Assembly: GCA_963790475.1 (NCBI GenBank)
Contig: CAWBOS010000010.1
Location: 1,600,001 to 1,664,000 of the forward strand
Length of the DNA stretch: 64,000 nt
DNA from: an uncultured delta proteobacterium
GTDB taxonomy: Bacteria; Desulfobacterota; RBG-13-43-22
Direction of reading: 5' to 3'
Shown: positions 59,488-64,000 of the stretch, piece after piece
Position numbering within the stretch: position 1 is the stretch's first letter
Layout: every line of letters starts with the position of its first letter
The notes under the pieces: model-generated
Seen by the model: only the letters and a program-made list of their open reading frames with translations
Database searches by the model: none
What the model was told of the DNA's origin: nothing
Position numbers and translations under genes: made by a program

Positions 59488-59515
59488 AGTTTATCATGCT
59501 TAATAGAAAAGTCAA
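59488..59515 (-). promoter_or_regulatory. Promoter of the MFS leader
   Basis: TTGACT-16-TAAACT with extended TGn. Confidence 0.5.
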
Positions 59516-59776
59516 TCTTTTTGTGAGTTAGGGTCTCGCTCTTGGCTCTTAATCGTTCTTTTGGATAAACAGAAACAACCCAATGGCAAAAAACCATCAC
59601 AACATTTTTTTCCTTGACCACGGTTTTTTCGTTCCTTAGAGAAGTTCATCTTAGTGGAAGGAATTCCGATGGAGGAAATCTTCAACGAAAAATAATGAAA
59701 GTAATCTTTTCAAAATTAGCCAAGCCGATCAGGAGTGCGGTGACCATCTGTCTGAATTGAACCTGCTTATTTTAGT

Positions 59777-59903
59777 TTATCCCTTCTCTTTTCCGGTGGC
59801 CAACCATTGCCGGAAAAGTTCGTAAATATCTTTTCGCGGGCCCAAGTAGTGATTTAATTTGCTTGCTGGAAGTTTCAGAATAAAGCAGGCGATAGGAAGG
59901 CAT
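59777..59903 (-). pseudogene. RelE/ParE-like toxin remnant (internal deletion)
   Basis: TAATG overlap with the antitoxin; MPSYRLLYSETSSKQIKSL is joined out of frame to LGPRKDIYELF. Confidence 0.7.
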
Positions 59904-60178
59904 TATTCTTTCCAGGCCGAATCATGGTCCAACACTCGGCCTTCTTTAAAATCTTTTTTTGAGGCCTGTAGAGCAGTTATTATCTTTCGGTCACTCAAAA
60001 CCTCGATCGTCTCCAGGAGACCTTCATACCGGGATAGCGACATCATCACCCCGATGGGCTCACCATTCTTGGTCAGGGCAATCGTCTCCTCTTCCTTTTC
60101 CATATTTTTAAGAATATCAAGAAGGTTTCTTTTTACTTTGGTAACGGGCAGAATTTTCTGGAAATCTTCCATGGGCAC
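59903..60178 (-). CDS. Phd/YefM family antitoxin
   Basis: PVTKVKRNLLDIL, IALTKNGEP..VMMS..YEGLLETIEVLSD. Confidence 0.9.
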   Translation of the reverse strand: MPMEDFQKILPVTKVKRNLLDILKNMEKEEETIALTKNGEPIGVMMSLSRYEGLLETIEVLSDRKIITALQASKKDFKEGRVLDHDSAWKE

Positions 60179-60202
60179 TCCTGAATGATATTTTTAATGA
60201 CC

Positions 60203-60230
60203 ATTATAATTTTCAAATTAAATTTGTCAA
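60203..60230 (-). promoter_or_regulatory. Near-consensus promoter of the TA locus
   Basis: TTGACA-16-TATAAT. Confidence 0.7.
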
Positions 60231-60245
60231 CAAACAATTAAACAG

Positions 60246-60297
60246 GATAAAAAAACCCCCGATGGACTATAAATTAGCCCTCGGGGGTTTTTTTATC
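60246..60297. terminator. Bidirectional intrinsic terminator downstream of ahcY
   Basis: GATAAAAAAACCCCCGA..TCGGGGGTTTTTTTATC. Confidence 0.75.
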
Positions 60298-60422
60298 AAT
60301 TTCATATTCCTAAGAAGCGTCCCGAATCCTGATAATAGCTTCATTGGGGTGATAGGCGATGGGGTTTAGGAGATCAGAGTCCCCGGTTTTTCTCCGAGTC
60401 CCCGTCTCACCCCGTCAATGTT

Positions 60423-61679
60423 TTACGTCCCCATCTCCCAGGAGGCCAGATATTTTTTCTGCTCGGCGGTCAGGTTGTCTATCTTGATTCCCATCGAGGC
60501 CAGCTTGAGCCGGGCGATTTCCCGGTCGATCTCTTCCGGAACGCCATAAACCATCTTCTTCAAGGTCTTGCCCTTTTGAACCATATATTCGGCACATAAG
60601 GCCTGATTGGCAAAACTCATATCCATCACGCTGGGAGGATGGCCCTCGGCCGCGGCCAGATTAATCAACCGGCCTTCCCCCAGGACATTGATCTTCTTTC
60701 CGCTGTTGAGTGTATATTCTTCCACATATTCCCGAATGAAGCGTCGTTTCTTGCTGATCTGACCCAGGGATTTCAGGTCCAGCTCGACATTAAAATGTCC
60801 CGAATTGGCCACGATGGCCCCGTTTTTCATGGTCAGGAAATGCTCCCTGCGAATCACATTGATATCCCCGGTCAGGGTGACAAGGATATCCCCCACCTTG
60901 GCCGCTTCAGCCACCGGCATCACTCGGAAGCCGTCCATAACCGCTTCCAAGGCCTTGAGGGCATCCACTTCAACAATAATGACATCGGCTCCCATGCCCT
61001 TGGCCCGCATGGCCACACCCCTTCCACACCAGCCGTACCCGCAGATCACAAACTTACTCCCGGCCAGCAGCCGGTTGGTGGCCCGGATAATCCCGTCAAT
61101 CGTGCTTTGTCCGGTACCGTAGCGGTTATCAAAAAGATGTTTGGTCTTGGCGTCGTTGACAGCGACAATCGGATAGGAGAGCACTTTTTTTTCAGCCATG
61201 CTCCGCAGACGGATCACGCCGGTAGTGGTTTCCTCCGTTCCTCCCAGAATCCCTTTAATCAAGCCCCTTTTCTCGGAGTGAATCGTGGACACCAGATCGG
61301 CCCCGTCATCCATGGTCAGATGAGGTTTTATCTCCAGGGCCTGATAGATATGCTTATAATAGGTTTGGCCATCCTCCCCTTTGATGGAAAAGACCTGGAC
61401 TTGGTCTTGTTGAACCAGGGCCGCGGCCACATCATCCTGGGTGCTTAACGGATTGGAGGCACACAAGGCCACTTCCGCCCCTCCGGCCTTCAGGGTTCGG
61501 ATCAGGCCGGCGGTCTCGGTGGTTACATGAAGACAGGCCGCCAGGCGAACCCCCTTCAAGGGTTTTTCTTTAGCAAACCGTTTCCGGATACTTTCCAGGA
61601 CCGGCATACTCTGATTGGCCCATTCGATACGTAAGGCCCCGGAAGCGGCCAGATTTAAATCTTTGACATCGTATTTCAC
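60423..61679 (-). CDS. ahcY: S-adenosylhomocysteine hydrolase
   Basis: [53 protein letters not shown]; likely GTG start at 61679. Confidence 0.97.
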   Translation of the reverse strand: MKYDVKDLNLAASGALRIEWANQSMPVLESIRKRFAKEKPLKGVRLAACLHVTTETAGLIRTLKAGGAEVALCASNPLSTQDDVAAALVQQDQVQVFSIKGEDGQTYYKHIYQALEIKPHLTMDDGADLVSTIHSEKRGLIKGILGGTEETTTGVIRLRSMAEKKVLSYPIVAVNDAKTKHLFDNRYGTGQSTIDGIIRATNRLLAGSKFVICGYGWCGRGVAMRAKGMGADVIIVEVDALKALEAVMDGFRVMPVAEAAKVGDILVTLTGDINVIRREHFLTMKNGAIVANSGHFNVELDLKSLGQISKKRRFIREYVEEYTLNSGKKINVLGEGRLINLAAAEGHPPSVMDMSFANQALCAEYMVQKGKTLKKMVYGVPEEIDREIARLKLASMGIKIDNLTAEQKKYLASWEMGT

Positions 61680-61825
61680 TTTAAGTTCCTTTCCTTGATA
61701 AAATATGGGTTTAAGGTCCAAGGTATACGGTTAAATAAGGAGCAATATCGGCTTAAGATTTTCCTTGAACCTCCTGCCCCTGCGGGCCTGCAGGCGCAGG
61801 CCTTGAACCTTGAACATCTTTTTGA

Positions 61826-62998
61826 TTATTTCTTCAATCCCGCCCGTTCTCGGAGGATTTCGATTTTATCTGTTTTTTCCCAGGAAAAACCGGGTTCATT
61901 CCTGCCGAAATGGCCGTAGGCAGCGGTTTTCTTATAGATGGGTCTTAACAAATCGAGATAAGAAATCACGTCCGCCGGTTTAAAACTGAAAATCTGTCTT
62001 ATGATCTGATTGATATTGAAGTCCGGGATTTTTCCGGTACCCCGCGTATCCACAAAAATGGAAAGGGGTTCGGCTTTACCGATGGTATATGAAACCTGGA
62101 GTCGGCAGGTATCGGCCAATCCGGCTGCGACCACGTTTTTGGCCACATAACGGGCCATATAGGAGGAACTGCGATCCACCTTCGAGGGATCCTTGCCGGA
62201 AAAGGCCCCGCCGCCATGGCTTCCGCGGCCACCATAGGTGTCGGCAATGATCTTGCGCCCGGTCACACCACAATCCCCCATGGGCCCGCCAACCACAAAA
62301 CGTCCGGTGGTGTTTATAAAATATTGGGTTTTTTTGGTCAGGAGCTTGGGCGGAATGACCTTTTTGATGACCGTTTCAATAATACCTTCCTGTAATTTTT
62401 TGTAACTTATATCGGGATTGTGCTGGGCGGCAATGACCACGGCCGGTATGGATACCGGCTTCCCATTTTGATATTCCACGGTCACCTGGGTTTTGCCGTC
62501 CGGCCGCAGAAAATTAAGGATTTTCTTTTTCCGAACCTCAGCCAGTCGTTTGGCCAAAAGATGGGCATACCAGATGGGCATGGGCATAAAATCTTTGGTC
62601 TCCGTGCAGGCATAGCCGAACATCATCCCCTGATCCCCGGCCCCTTGTTCTTTTTTCTCTCCCAGGTTGTTGACCCCCTGGGCAATGTCCGGAGATTGTT
62701 TGTCGATAGTGGTCAGGACCGCACAGGTTTCCCAATCAAATCCCATGGAAGAATCGTTATACCCGATTTCCTTGATGGTCTGGCGAACGATCTTGGGCAT
62801 ATCCGCATAGCAAGAGGTGGTGATCTCTCCGGCGATCAAAGCCAGGCCGGTGGTGACCATGGTCTCACAGGCCACCCGCCCTTTGGGATCTTCGGCCAAA
62901 ATAGCATCCAAAATAGCATCAGAAATCTGATCGGCCACCTTGTCCGGATGCCCTTCGGTAACCGACTCCGAGGTAAAAAAATAATTCGAACTGCTCAT
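61826..62998 (-). CDS. metK: S-adenosylmethionine synthetase
   Basis: [34 protein letters not shown]. Confidence 0.98.
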   Translation of the reverse strand: MSSSNYFFTSESVTEGHPDKVADQISDAILDAILAEDPKGRVACETMVTTGLALIAGEITTSCYADMPKIVRQTIKEIGYNDSSMGFDWETCAVLTTIDKQSPDIAQGVNNLGEKKEQGAGDQGMMFGYACTETKDFMPMPIWYAHLLAKRLAEVRKKKILNFLRPDGKTQVTVEYQNGKPVSIPAVVIAAQHNPDISYKKLQEGIIETVIKKVIPPKLLTKKTQYFINTTGRFVVGGPMGDCGVTGRKIIADTYGGRGSHGGGAFSGKDPSKVDRSSSYMARYVAKNVVAAGLADTCRLQVSYTIGKAEPLSIFVDTRGTGKIPDFNINQIIRQIFSFKPADVISYLDLLRPIYKKTAAYGHFGRNEPGFSWEKTDKIEILRERAGLKK

Positions 62999-63028
62999 AT
63001 GCAGGTCCTCCTTTTGAAAAATTTCCTT

Positions 63029-63056
63029 ATAATAAACATCGTCTGCTTTTTGTCAA
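63029..63056 (-). promoter_or_regulatory. Promoter of metK-ahcY
   Basis: TTGACA-16-TATTAT, then SD AGGAGG. Confidence 0.5.
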
Positions 63057-63150
63057 GCGAATAATGTCCAATAGTCAAGAGAATCAAACCCTTTTGCCCT
63101 AACCATTCCCCAATTCCCGGCAATCCTCAAGAATCCATCCGGAGTCTTTT

Positions 63151-63789
63151 CTAAGACCTCTTTTTTTGAACCAGCTTGACTATCCATTCGATAATCGTCG
63201 GAAAATCGACCATGCTGGAATCAACGGAAAGATGAAAGTTTCGGGCATCCAGCCAATCCACTCCGGCCATATCCCGGACAAATTTGGCCTTGGCATGGTC
63301 CGATTCTTTGACTCTGGCCTGTACTTCCTGCTGGTCGGCTGTCTTTTGACCCTCCATTATTCGTCTGACACGAAACGGCCGTGGGGCATGGATTAAGACC
63401 CTGATCACCTCAGGTCGGTCTTTCAGGGCATAGAATCCTCCTCGTCCCAGGATAACGGCATTATACCGTTCGGCAATCTCGTTCATGATTTTGCCTTCCA
63501 CGGTGAACAATTCCTTATGGTCAACCGGCCGCCTCTGGGGAAGAGGAACGGAAATTTCCGGTATGCCGAAAGAGAATCCTTTCATAAGCGTCTCCAGGAA
63601 GGTCGCCGATCTTTCATCGAGGTATTGAAGGGCTCCGGGGTCCGTCCCCAGACGGTCTGCGGCCTGTCGCAGGATTTCCCTATCGACATATTGGAAACCG
63701 AGTTCTTTGGCCACCGAATACCCGATAAAAGAACCGCCGCTCCCCATCTGTCTCGACAAGGTTATGGTCATAGGTTTTTTTTCCGCCAT
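63151..63789 (-). CDS. Cytidylate kinase-like family protein
   Basis: ITLSRQMGSGG, YVDREIL, VILGRGG, VLIHAP, FHLSVDS. Confidence 0.85.
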   Translation of the reverse strand: MAEKKPMTITLSRQMGSGGSFIGYSVAKELGFQYVDREILRQAADRLGTDPGALQYLDERSATFLETLMKGFSFGIPEISVPLPQRRPVDHKELFTVEGKIMNEIAERYNAVILGRGGFYALKDRPEVIRVLIHAPRPFRVRRIMEGQKTADQQEVQARVKESDHAKAKFVRDMAGVDWLDARNFHLSVDSSMVDFPTIIEWIVKLVQKKRS

Positions 63790-64000
63790 AGATCCTCCCT
63801 CTTTGCTAAACGTTTCACAACGACATACCGGTTATTGGCCGATATCTCTAAGGACATCATTCAAAAGTTGACAATCGGTCATCCTTAATGAATAGGGCCA
63901 GAGGAACGGAGACAAAAAAAAGTATGGAGACCAGGAAGTAAACGTGATTAAAGGAAAGCATACTCGCTTGTCTTAAAACGATTCCCCCTATAGCCTTGGC

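Noticed and set aside
63000-63150. SAM riboswitch upstream of metK
   Set aside because: The promoter lies ~30 bp from the start codon, leaving no room, and no S-box consensus is present
1-64000. rRNA/tRNA genes and the many short overlapping ORFs in the track
   Set aside because: No tRNA cloverleaf or rRNA signature was recognised by eye; the overlapping ORFs are alternative-frame shadows of well-supported genes or of repeats

Overview
Bacterial chromosomal window that looks like an anaerobic Desulfobacterota/deltaproteobacterium, judged from gene content (tungsten AOR, CCG Fe-S protein, PPDK, HesB-like selenoprotein, split B12 acyl-CoA mutase). Several isolated single-base insertions suggest long-read assembly errors. 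Main contents: (1) a GntR-headed ~13 kb minus-strand catabolic operon (4.4-17.7 kb) with a divergent B12 acyl-CoA mutase, a radical SAM/PDZ protein, crotonase, PrpD-like protein, CoA-transferase III, ICL/PEP-mutase-family lyase, a LeuCD/DmdAB-like hydratase and MeaB; (2) housekeeping and metabolic genes (fabH, ppdK, aor, dgkA, ahcY, metK); (3) the top candidate for a new system, a 1.74 kb element (34294-36037) that encodes only two paralogous DUF1670-type proteins, is bounded by 26-bp imperfect inverted repeats, splits a REP-like palindrome without target duplication, and has an in-frame A-AAA-AAG -1 slippery site that would fuse its ORFs; (4) a complete IS4-family element with TIRs, a 9-bp DR and a passenger HTH gene; (5) an integron cassette array without intI (four attC sites plus an attI-like site), in which an integrase + IS91-transposase unit has perfect cassette-type ends and two cassettes encode HEPN-type proteins; (6) a UGA-containing HesB-like selenoprotein missed by the ORF track; (7) candidate attenuator leaders before an MFS efflux gene and an MgtC gene; (8) many families of intergenic palindromic repeats. 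All family assignments come from motif recognition by eye, not database searches.
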